From the NCBI GenBank assembly GCA_963806185.1, contig CAWDXE010000005.1:1-64000 (forward strand): 64,000 nucleotides of DNA. Direction: 5' to 3'. The notes beneath the pieces are model-generated. The model did not search any database, was not told the DNA's origin, and saw nothing but the letters and a program-made list of their open reading frames with translations. This document shows, piece after piece, positions 9,410-18,428 of this stretch. A program made the position numbers and the translations under genes. The DNA is from an uncultured candidate division Zixibacteria bacterium. Its GTDB lineage: Bacteria; Zixibacteria; MSB-5A5; GN15; FEB-12. Each line of letters opens with the position of its first letter. Position 1 is the stretch's first letter.

Positions 9410-10237
9410 TCAAATGGCTGGCGTACGTCTCGTGCGCCAGCCTCAGCAGACAAGCTCTCCCCCCAAAAATGTCACGCCCGCCTCCCCCAATGTCACGCCC
9501 GCCTTGAGCGGGCGCCCATCACTACACCTTTGCAACGACTCATCGTCATTACTCATTGCGAGGACCCTGAGCGGAGCCGAAGGGGACGAAGCAACCTCAA
9601 ACCTGCAATCGTCCACAGTGCTCTCGACACGCTCTCCCTCTGGGAGAGGGCTGGGGTGAGGGCCCGTAAGACAGACCCGAGAATCTGGTTCTCAAATGGC
9701 TGGCGTACGTCTCGTGCGCCAGCCTCAGCAGACAAGCTCTCCCCCCAAAAATGTCACGCCCGCCTCCCCCAATGTCACGCCCGCCTTGAGCGGGCGCCCA
9801 TCACTACACCTTTGCAACGACTCATCGTTATTACTCATTGCGAGGACCCTGAGCGGAGCCGAAGGGGACGAAGCAACCTCAAACCTGCAATCGTCCACAG
9901 CGCTCTCGACACGCTCTCCTCTTCTTTCCTCTCCCTTCCGGGATAGGGCTGGGGTGAGGGCCCGTTAGACAGACCCGAGAATCTGGTTCTCAAATGGCTG
10001 GCGTACGTCTCGTGCGCCAGCCTCAGCAGACAAGCTCTCCCCCCAAAAATGTCACGCCCGCCTCCCCCAATGTCACGCCCGCCTTGAGCGGGCGCCCATC
10101 ACTACACCTTTGCAACGACTCATCGTCATTACTCATTGCGAGGACCCTGAGCGGAGCCGAAGGGGACGAAGCAACCTCAATCCTGCAATCGTCCACAGTG
10201 CTCTCGACACGCTCTCCTCTTCCCCCCTCTCCCTCTG
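9410..10237 (+). repeat. Tandem array of three ~282-298 bp composite REP units (BIME-like)
   Basis: Near-identical units begin at about 9410, 9692 and 9990, each holding several palindrome families in fixed order. Confidence 0.92.
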
Positions 10238-10346
10238 GAATCGGTCCGGGTTGATGGTCGGTAAAATCCTTCCACAAAAAAACCAGCCCCGTGAAGCTCT
10301 CCTGCTCCACGGGACTGGTTCACATCCTGCGCCGTCGCTGCGCCTA

Positions 10347-10676
10347 TCACGTGACCGGATGATGACCGGTGATCACGGTCGATAAATCGATCTTTTCGGC
10401 CGCGGCAATCTTCTCCGCACACATTTCATCCACCAACTTGCGAATCCGCTCACCGGCATTCATGATCTGCTCGACATTCGCGCGAAGATCCGGCGACAAT
10501 TCCTCTTCGCTCAGGATAAATTCAGCATAGCCGAGAATCGCACAGAGTGGATTGTTGACGTCGTGATTGAGCGTCAGTGCTTTCGCCAGATACGGCTTCA
10601 GTACGCGAATCAGCTCAAGATCGCGGACATCCTCTGACGTCAGACTATCGGTCGTTGTCGCCTGGCGTGTGCTCAT
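10347..10676 (-). CDS. Stand-alone HisKA (phosphoacceptor) domain protein
   Basis: H-box LNHDVNNPLCAILGYAE; no ATPase domain. Confidence 0.8.
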   Translation of the reverse strand: MSTRQATTTDSLTSEDVRDLELIRVLKPYLAKALTLNHDVNNPLCAILGYAEFILSEEELSPDLRANVEQIMNAGERIRKLVDEMCAEKIAAAEKIDLSTVITGHHPVT

Positions 10677-10841
10677 GCCTTTCCTCTCCCGGGACTGCAT
10701 CGGTTGAGATCCCCCAATTGACACTATTAGGTATCGTCACTTCGCTCTAATTCCTTACCCACCATCATGGAGCCGCTTGAAACTTGTTCGCTGGCGCTCG
10801 GCATAGTATGTTGCTCCCTAAGCAACGTAAGGAGTTCTTCA

Positions 10842-11985
10842 ATGAGATTGGCTGTTATTGGCGCAGGGTTGATGGGTCGGGCGGCGCTTTACGATTTCGC
10901 CCGAATTTCTGGTGTAGATCAGGTCGGCATATTTGACATCGACGAGTCTCTCGCCCGACAAATGGCAGAGAAATACGGCGACGGCAAGGCGGTCGCCGGG
11001 CGGCTCGACGCACGCGACGAATCCGCCGCCACCCGGGCTCTGACCGGTTACGACGCCGCAGTCTCCTGTGTCACATATGCTTACAACCCGGGACTCTGCC
11101 GCAGCCGCTATTGCCGCCGGCTGCCATCTCACCGACCTCGGCGGCAATAACGATGCTGTCAAATCCGAACTCGCCATGAACGCCGAGGCCGAGAAGGCCG
11201 GCGTCATGATCGTCCCCGATTGCGGCCTTGCCCCTGGCATGGTTTCGATCCTCGTTGCCGATGGTATCAGTAAGCTCGACACCACCAAATCTGTCAAAAT
11301 CCGTGTCGGCGGCCTTCCCCAGTCCCCCCGCCCGCCGCTCAACTATCAAATGGTCTTCTCGGCCGAAGGTCTCATTAACGAATACTGGGAGCCGTGCGTA
11401 ATTCTCAAAAACGGCAAGCAGGAGACTGTCCACCCCCTTACCGACATTGAATCGCTCGAATTCGACGGCATCGGCGCACTCGAGGCCTTCTACACCTCCG
11501 GCGGCACCTCAACACTCCCCGATACCTATGCGGGCAAAGTTGAGTTTCTCGATTACAAGACGATCCGCTACCCCGGCCATTGCGTCCTGGTCAAAGCAAT
11601 GCTTGATATCGGCCTCGGCTCGCGCAAACCGGTGACCGTGGGTGGCGTCGACGTATCCCCGCGCGATGTTCTCAAGGCCGTGCTCGACAAAAATCTGTCC
11701 TTTGGCGAATTGGATCTTACCCTGGTCCGCTGCACTATTGAGGGCAAAAAAGACGGCAAACCGAAAGCGATCGTCTATGAGATCGTCGATCGCCAGGACA
11801 CCAAAACCGGCCTCACTGCGATGATGCGCACGACCTCGTTCCCGGCGACCATCATCGCCTGGATGGCCGCGAGCGGCCAGATTAAGGAACGGGGCGTGAA
11901 ACCGCAGGAGGTAGTGGTCAACCCCGCCATCTTCCTCCCGCAACTCAAGAAGCGCGGGATCAACGTCGTCGTGAAGGAGCTGTAG
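10842..11985 (+). CDS. Saccharopine/lysine dehydrogenase family, with a frameshift near 11095
   Basis: GAGLMG Rossmann motif in one frame; DLGGN, PDCGLAPG, EAFYTSGG, YKTIRYPGH in the next frame. Confidence 0.88.
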
Positions 11986-12207
11986 GTCGGTGGGGCCACT
12001 CCGTAGGTCTGGTTCCGAGGCGAGCCTTGCTCGCTGAGAAACCCGACACCCGTCCACCGAACACTAATGCGCCGCTCTTTGTAAGGCAGCATTCCTGCCT
12101 CTCATCGGGCGATTCCGACGCTCTTGGGTCGCGACTCTCGAAATCGTCGGGCTGAGCGGAGTCGAAGCCCGAATTGTTCCGAAGTGAAACTGACAAGATT
12201 GCACCCT

Positions 12208-12741
12208 ATGCCACCCTCTCTCCTCATCCGCCCTGAAACCACCGCCGACATCCCGGCTATCCGTGCCGTCAACAGCCTCGCGTTCCCCTCCGAAGAGGAA
12301 GCCCGCCTCGTCGACAACCTCCGTACCGCCGGCCTTCTCACCCTCTCGCTCGTGGCTGTCGCCAACGACAAAATCATCGGCCACCTTGCCGCCAGCCCGG
12401 TTACCGTCCGCGACGAATCCTCCGCCGCCGAATCCACTCCCTTCTCCGCCATCGGTCTCGGCCCAATGGCCGTCATTCCCGGATGGCAGAATCGCGGCGT
12501 CGGCTCGCAACTCATGACAGACTGCCTCAACCGACTCCGCGCCATGAACGTCCCAGCCGTCTTTCTCCTCGGCCACAAAGAGTACTACCCCCGCTTCGGC
12601 TTTACTCTCGCCATCCAGCACGGCGTCCGCTCGATCTATCCCGACACCGACGATCTCTTCTTCGTCCTCGAACTGACCCCCGGCTGTCTCAGCGCGATCC
12701 ACGGTACTCTCCGCTACTCCGCCCCCTTCGACAATCTGTAG
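12208..12741 (+). CDS. GNAT N-acetyltransferase (YhbS-like)
   Basis: IRPET, LGPMAVIPGWQNRGVG, LGHKEYYPRFGF. Confidence 0.9.
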   Translation: MPPSLLIRPETTADIPAIRAVNSLAFPSEEEARLVDNLRTAGLLTLSLVAVANDKIIGHLAASPVTVRDESSAAESTPFSAIGLGPMAVIPGWQNRGVGSQLMTDCLNRLRAMNVPAVFLLGHKEYYPRFGFTLAIQHGVRSIYPDTDDLFFVLELTPGCLSAIHGTLRYSAPFDNL

Positions 12742-12766
12742 GATCACCCCGCAGTAAGATCATTCC

Positions 12767-13140
12767 GTAGGTCGGGTTCCGAAGCGAGCCTTGCTCGCGA
12801 AGAAACCCGACACCGGTCCACCACATCCGCGTTGGCCCCGATAAGTCATCGCGAGGCCCGCTTCAGGCCGTGGTGATCTTTCAGTTCTCTACTGCAGATC
12901 GAATCCCCCGCGGTTTCGAATTGCGCAAAGGACGCTTCGGCATTGCGCAGCGCCTAGTCGAGCGCAGACGAGACCCGATCAGGCGGAGTCAGGTCAGGCT
13001 TCCATTTCCATCTGATCAAGAAGCCTGACAGTAGGGCAGCACCGATGCGAGTCTTCGAGCGGGTGCTGCCTTCTTTAGCTTGACCTGGCATACTCGGCAG
13101 CATCCGGCACCAAGAGGCGCCATCGATGCTGCCCTACAGA
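12767..13140. repeat. REP mosaic
   Basis: GTAG-headed hairpins (GTAGGTCGGG.., GTAGGGCAGCA..) and GTCATCGCGAGGCCCG units. Confidence 0.75.
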
Positions 13141-13257
13141 GTCAGCTCACCCTATCCCCCAAATTACCACCCCAACATCCTCTTTCCCAACCAGTTAGCA
13201 GGCCACCGAAATTAATCCGCTTTTGTGGATATCTCCCCTGACATATATTACCCGCCT

Positions 13258-13746
13258 ATGGACACCAAGACTCTCTGGGCTCCCTGGCGCTCGACCTTCG
13301 TCCTCGCCAAAAAGGAAAAGGGGTGCATCTTCTGCAAACGCCAGAAAATGCGCGACTCCATCGATAACCTCATCGTCCATCGCGGCCGCAAAGTCTTCGT
13401 GATCATGAACAAATTCCCGTACAACTCCGGCCATCTCCTCATCGTCCCCAATCGCCACGTCGGCCTCATCGAGAAACTCACACCCGAGGAATCCGTTGAG
13501 TTTTTCGAAATGACCCGCACCGCCGTCACCGTCATCAAGCGCGCCCTCAAACCGGCCTCGCTGAATCTCGGGATGAATCTCGGACGGTCCTCCGGCGCCG
13601 GCGTCCCGGGCCATCTGCACATGCACATCGTCCCGCGCTGGATCGGCGACACCAACTTCATGCCCGTGGTCGGCCAGACCAAAGTCGTCTCCGTCCCGCT
13701 CGAACCGATCTATGAAAAACTGCGCCACGAATTTGGCAAAATATGA
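13258..13746 (+). CDS. HIT family hydrolase (Ap4A phosphorylase type)
   Basis: LWAPWR, CIFC, NKFPYNSGH, HLHMHIVPRW. Confidence 0.93.
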   Translation: MDTKTLWAPWRSTFVLAKKEKGCIFCKRQKMRDSIDNLIVHRGRKVFVIMNKFPYNSGHLLIVPNRHVGLIEKLTPEESVEFFEMTRTAVTVIKRALKPASLNLGMNLGRSSGAGVPGHLHMHIVPRWIGDTNFMPVVGQTKVVSVPLEPIYEKLRHEFGKI

Positions 13747-15359
13747 AACGCCGTCGCAAAGCCCCCACCAAAATCGAGCTGATGCAGCTCCAGAAGCTGT
13801 ATAAGACCGATGAAAAAATCGGCGAACGACTCGGCGGCGTCCCACCCTATCTCGTCGCTTACTGGCGCCGCAAGAAAAACATCGCCAAGTACTCGCTCCC
13901 CAAATTCTCCGAACAGGAGGTTCGCAATCTGTGGGAACGGTACGGCGACGACGAAAAATCGGGCCTCGAACTCGGCATCTCCAAAGCCGCCTTCTACAAC
14001 TGGCGCCGCCGCTACGGCATCAAAGACAAACCGGCGTTCCTGAAACTTGAGCAGCTCGAGATCGTCTTCCCCGGCTCGCGCGAGAACGGCCACTCCAATC
14101 AGCTTTACGGCGGCCGCACCATGACTCAGAAAGTCTTCACCCGCGCCGCCAATAGCGAGACCGCGCAGGTCGGCACACCTCTCAATCTCGAACCCGATCT
14201 CGTCGTCATCGACCGCAGTGTGCACGACATCATCAACCAATTCAAATCGCTCAACGTCGAGTATCTCTGGAATCCGTCAAAAGTCATCGTCATGCTCGAT
14301 CCGAGCGGCTCCGAGCACAACGGTTCCTCCGCGGCGCACGCTGCCATTCGCGAATTCTGCAAACGCCAGGGGGTTCGCAATGTCTACGACCTGCGCGAGG
14401 GCGGCCGACAGCAGGTCGCGCTCGAACGCGGCCATGTCCTCCCCGGCCAGTTGGTTGTCATGGTCGATGACTCCAGCTTCGCCTACGGCGGCATGAGCGC
14501 GCTCACCGCCGCAGCTTCTGTCGACTCGATTGCCCGCCTGCTCGCGTCCGGACGAATCACTCTCGATGTACCCGGCACTGCCCGCATTGCCATCGGCGGT
14601 CACCGTCCGCGCGGTGTATTTGCCGGCGATATTGCGTTGTCATTGCTCAGCAAATTGGGCGACGTTTCCGACGGCCGCACCCTTGAACTGGGCGGCTCGA
14701 TCGTCTCCGCCCTCACCATCAGCGAGCGCTTTGCCTTGTCCGATTGGCTCGCCGAATCCGGCGCCTTCGCGGCGGTTGGACCATATGACGCTACCACGCG
14801 CCGGTATCTCAACGGCCGCTCCGGTCTGCGCTATGCCCCTGTCGTCCCGGATAAGGATGTCGAGTACGAACATTCCATGCAGATGCACATCGACCACCTG
14901 ACGCCGCAGGTCGCCCGCGTTGATAAAATCAATCATCCCAAACCGGTTGGCGAACTGGAAACCCACGCGATGCCTCTGGTCGTGGTCGGATCGAATACGA
15001 ATGGTCGCTTCGACGAATTGCGTGTGGTCGCTGACGTTCTGAAGGGTAAGCATGTCCACGCCGACTGCCGTTTGCTGATTGTGCCGGCGTCGCGCGCGGT
15101 GTATCTGGAGGCGTTGAAGAAGGGCTTGATTCGCGTGTTTGTCGAGGCCGGCGCGGTGGTGATGAATCCCGGCTGGTGCCCGCAGAGCCATCATGACAGT
15201 TCGTTGATTGCCGCCGACCGGTGCCTTGCCGCGACCGGCTTGCAGTCGGCGCGCCAGTTGGCGTTGGCCGGTGCCGAGGTCTGGTTATGCTCACCGGCGA
15301 CCGCCGCCGCATCGGCCCTGAATGCCCACATCACCGACCCCACCCGCTTCGTCCGCTGA
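13743..15359 (+). CDS. Tandem-HTH + aconitase/LeuC large-subunit-like protein with degenerate active site
   Basis: Two N-terminal HTH-like repeats; LeuC-like GRTMTQK, GHVLPGQ, GSNTNGR, IVPASR, LCSPATAAASALNAHITDP. Confidence 0.8.
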   Translation: MKRRRKAPTKIELMQLQKLYKTDEKIGERLGGVPPYLVAYWRRKKNIAKYSLPKFSEQEVRNLWERYGDDEKSGLELGISKAAFYNWRRRYGIKDKPAFLKLEQLEIVFPGSRENGHSNQLYGGRTMTQKVFTRAANSETAQVGTPLNLEPDLVVIDRSVHDIINQFKSLNVEYLWNPSKVIVMLDPSGSEHNGSSAAHAAIREFCKRQGVRNVYDLREGGRQQVALERGHVLPGQLVVMVDDSSFAYGGMSALTAAASVDSIARLLASGRITLDVPGTARIAIGGHRPRGVFAGDIALSLLSKLGDVSDGRTLELGGSIVSALTISERFALSDWLAESGAFAAVGPYDATTRRYLNGRSGLRYAPVVPDKDVEYEHSMQMHIDHLTPQVARVDKINHPKPVGELETHAMPLVVVGSNTNGRFDELRVVADVLKGKHVHADCRLLIVPASRAVYLEALKKGLIRVFVEAGAVVMNPGWCPQSHHDSSLIAADRCLAATGLQSARQLALAGAEVWLCSPATAAASALNAHITDPTRFVR

Positions 15360-15389
15360 TTTCTTGGTTATCGCTCGGCTCGTTGAAAC

Positions 15390-15915
15390 GTGGTGTCAGG
15401 CCCCCGTGCCCGACACAGCATGAGTTCTACTGATTGAAACGTGGCGTCAGACCCCGTGCCTGACACAGCGCCAATTCTACTCATTGCGAGGACCCTGAGC
15501 GAAGCCGAAGGGGACGAAGCAACCTCAACTCTCTCATTCCTCGGCAACCTTCAATCCGCGCGCGAATCTCTCCTGCCCGTCATTGCGAGGCGCGCTTCGC
15601 GCCGTGGCAATCTCAAAACAATCGATGGTCTGCAACCCCACCCTTACACACAACTTCACCACTCGTCGCGCAGCGTCGTCCTGAGCGCCCAACCGTCGCA
15701 CTGAGCGAAGTCGAAGTGCGACGTAGCTAGCGCAAATGCGTGGCGTACGTCCCGTGCGCCGCGCCACAGTGCATATCCACCCACTGTCATCGCGAGGCGC
15801 GCTTCCGCACCTAGGCAATCTCAATGCAACGAAGTAATCAGTACAAACATATGCACTGTGAATGCCCTGATCGCGTCATTGCGAGACCATTCTTATGGTC
15901 GTGGCAATCCTGCCA
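15390..15915. repeat. REP mosaic
   Basis: GTCAGGCCCCGTGCC.GAC, CATTGCGAGG.., CGTCGCACTGAGCGAAGTCGAAGTGCGACG and TGGCGTACGTCCCGTGCGCC units. Confidence 0.8.
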
Positions 15916-15916
15916 T

Positions 15917-16564
15917 TCATTTCTCCGGAATCCCAAACTCCCGCGCCACCGCGGCTGTCTGCCAGTGCATCAGAAAAACCCCGACCACCGCACCAACAAC
16001 AGCCGCCAGGATCAGGCTGGTCGATTCCCGGGACACCATACCATAGGTTGCCAAAAGCAGCCAGGCCGTCACCAGGAGCATCGATCCCACCATGCGAAAC
16101 GCTCCCCATCTCGCGCGCCCGGGCCCTGCCCTCTCCGCCTGACCGGTGTCAGCCTGCGACGAGCCTGCCGGTTCTACTTTCGGACGGTGACTCATGTATA
16201 TGCGCACCACCATGAATCCGAGAAACAACACTGAAGCCATGAGGACGTATCCGATGCTCGCCATGATCGTAGCGACGACAGCGACTGCAAATGTCCCGCC
16301 CATCCAGCGAAGGTACCTTGATCCGTCAATCTCATGAGGAGGCGCCACCGAGAATTCGCCTCTTGCCGCACGGAGAAGTGTATTGGTCTCCGACTGAAAT
16401 AGACCGACGCCAATTGCAAACATCGAGAAGCCCCCCGCGATCAGAACGACCAACACCGGCGCTTGGAAATACATGACAGCCAACACGAGGAAGCCGATGA
16501 ACACCAGCGACATGATGCCGCACACGCCGTACAGAACGCTCCGGAGTTTTCGTAAAGTTATCAC
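15917..16564 (-). CDS. Hypothetical integral membrane protein (~6 TM)
   Basis: Multiple hydrophobic segments in the ORF translation. Confidence 0.7.
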   Translation of the reverse strand: MITLRKLRSVLYGVCGIMSLVFIGFLVLAVMYFQAPVLVVLIAGGFSMFAIGVGLFQSETNTLLRAARGEFSVAPPHEIDGSRYLRWMGGTFAVAVVATIMASIGYVLMASVLFLGFMVVRIYMSHRPKVEPAGSSQADTGQAERAGPGRARWGAFRMVGSMLLVTAWLLLATYGMVSRESTSLILAAVVGAVVGVFLMHWQTAAVAREFGIPEK

Positions 16565-16726
16565 AAGCTGATCCCGATCGGTATCTTACCGTCCCATCGC
16601 CCATTCTGTCGCGCAACAAAGACCATAGTCAAATGTCCCCTCCAATATCCTCCCCCCCCACTCCCACAACCACAAAAAAACCGCCACCCCTTCCGGAATG
16701 ACGGCGTAACATTCTTCAATGATTCC

Positions 16727-16797
16727 CTACATCAACTGATTCGCCTTCCGCACCACCCACTCCGCCGATAAACACCCAATAAACAATAGCAGCAGCC
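16727..16797 (-). pseudogene. Diverged duplicate of the last ~23 codons of the 18429-20607 gene
   Basis: Encodes LLLLFIGCLSAEWVVRKANQLM* versus LLLLFIGCLSAEWVIRKANQLL* at 18429-18499. Confidence 0.85.
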
Positions 16798-16911
16798 TGA
16801 CCTGTAGGGCAGCACCGGACCGAGTCTTCGAGGTGGTGCTGCCGGAACGACTTCCCAATACAACCGAAGGACCCGCTCGAAACGAGCGCCCGTGCTGCGC
16901 TACAAGACTTA

Positions 16912-18270
16912 CTAACGCTTCACCGGTGGCGCAAACACATCCTGTCGAAACGCCACCTTCTCATGAGCAACAAAACGCATAGCCGTTGTTCCCGACGACT
17001 TGGTGGTCTGAAGAAATCTCGGGTGATCGACCCCCACTGGCACCCACAGCGTAAGTCGCATCGTATCCGCCGCGACCACGTACGCGTCGTAAAGCGTGTC
17101 TCTGACTAGCGTGTCGCGCACAACCGCGTCGGCATGCTGCCTGAACCAGGCAATCTCAGAGCCGAGAGTGAAGTCCTTGAATTTTGACGATGAACCCAAA
17201 CCGACAACCGAGATCGGCTTCAAATGGAAATTCGGCGGAAGCGGGAAGCGACGAACTTCGCCCGTTCGCGATCGCACCAACCAGACGTTGTCAGGTCCAA
17301 AAATCTGCACATCGACAGAGTCTTTTGGTCGCGGGACCGAGAACCGCAGACATTGGGCGTACCCTTCCGCGAAGAACAAATCGATAACGGAATCGGCCGC
17401 GCCGGCAGGAGCGGAGCTGTCGACTCGATCGGGTCGAAGAGCGAAATGCCACATGCTGTCGGGTGGGATAGATGTCGAGTGGTCCGCTGAATCACCGGGC
17501 TTCGCTCCCTGCATATTGAGCAACTGTGGATCGTCAGAAAAACTCAACGGTCCATACAATCCCTTCATCTCACCGACTCGGTAATCGGCGGGCGGCCAGA
17601 AAAGGGATTTTTCGTAGGCCACTTTGCCGTACGATTCGAAACTGATAGTATATGCACGCGTAGGGTTTTCGATGTGCATATAGCGCGGAGTGAGGGCGGA
17701 TGGTTTCGCCAGCAGAACTAAAGTGGTAGAATCGATCACGACACGAAAAGCCCGGTAGGTCGAGTCGTTCTTAACAGTGTCAGATTCGACCGTTTCGGCA
17801 CACCCTCGAAACCAGTCCAACTCGTGAAATACGAGCATCTCGCGCACGCGCTGCGGCACGTCCGGACGCACGAATTGAAAGAGTTTTGTCACTCGATCAC
17901 CGGCGTTGCTCCGATCTAGCCTCGCTCGCTTGAGGCGAGTCTGGAGAAGCCACTTCCCATCGGGATTGAAGAGCATTACATCAGAGGAATCGACTTTGCG
18001 TTCATGGCCGAACTCACAACGCACAGCATATCCATCGGCAAACCAGGTTTTGGCGACGCCCTCAGTCGATGCGCCTGCGTATGGCAACTTGTCTACTTCG
18101 ATGTACGTGAATGCTTGGTACCAAACGGAGTCGGGCGGAACAGGTGTTGTGGTCGTCTTATCTGGACCGTCCGGAACAGATGCAAGTCCATCCACCGCAA
18201 TCATCGCGAGGGGCAACATCATGAGCCAAAGTAACATGCGATTCACAGGATCCTCCACCGGGGATATCAC
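16912..18270 (-). CDS. Secreted hypothetical protein with two internally repeated domains
   Basis: SD AAAGGAG + GTG; signal peptide; duplicated PPDSxW..FAxGYA..FxPD..WL..ExxWFR..DT.....Y.A pattern. Confidence 0.7.
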   Translation of the reverse strand: MISPVEDPVNRMLLWLMMLPLAMIAVDGLASVPDGPDKTTTTPVPPDSVWYQAFTYIEVDKLPYAGASTEGVAKTWFADGYAVRCEFGHERKVDSSDVMLFNPDGKWLLQTRLKRARLDRSNAGDRVTKLFQFVRPDVPQRVREMLVFHELDWFRGCAETVESDTVKNDSTYRAFRVVIDSTTLVLLAKPSALTPRYMHIENPTRAYTISFESYGKVAYEKSLFWPPADYRVGEMKGLYGPLSFSDDPQLLNMQGAKPGDSADHSTSIPPDSMWHFALRPDRVDSSAPAGAADSVIDLFFAEGYAQCLRFSVPRPKDSVDVQIFGPDNVWLVRSRTGEVRRFPLPPNFHLKPISVVGLGSSSKFKDFTLGSEIAWFRQHADAVVRDTLVRDTLYDAYVVAADTMRLTLWVPVGVDHPRFLQTTKSSGTTAMRFVAHEKVAFRQDVFAPPVKR

Positions 18271-18428
18271 AATTCTCCTTTCAATATCGCCCCTTCTCTC
18301 CCCTTTCGCAACCCACAAAAAAACCGCCCGGCTCTCTCGCCGCGCGGCTGCAGACTTCTCCTCTCTTATCTTCTCCCTCACCCGCTTCAGGGAGAGGGCT
18401 GGGGTGAGGGCTCTTCGAATGAGCCCCC

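Noticed and set aside
9410..10237. CRISPR array
   Set aside because: Units are ~290 bp and near-identical throughout with no unique spacers; no cas1/cas2 in the window
9131..10422. ORFs such as MAGVRLVRQ.. and THCEDPERSRRGRSNL (also near 15441, 23176, 24634, 30081, 49238)
   Set aside because: Translations of REP palindromes that recur wherever the repeats occur; not credible proteins
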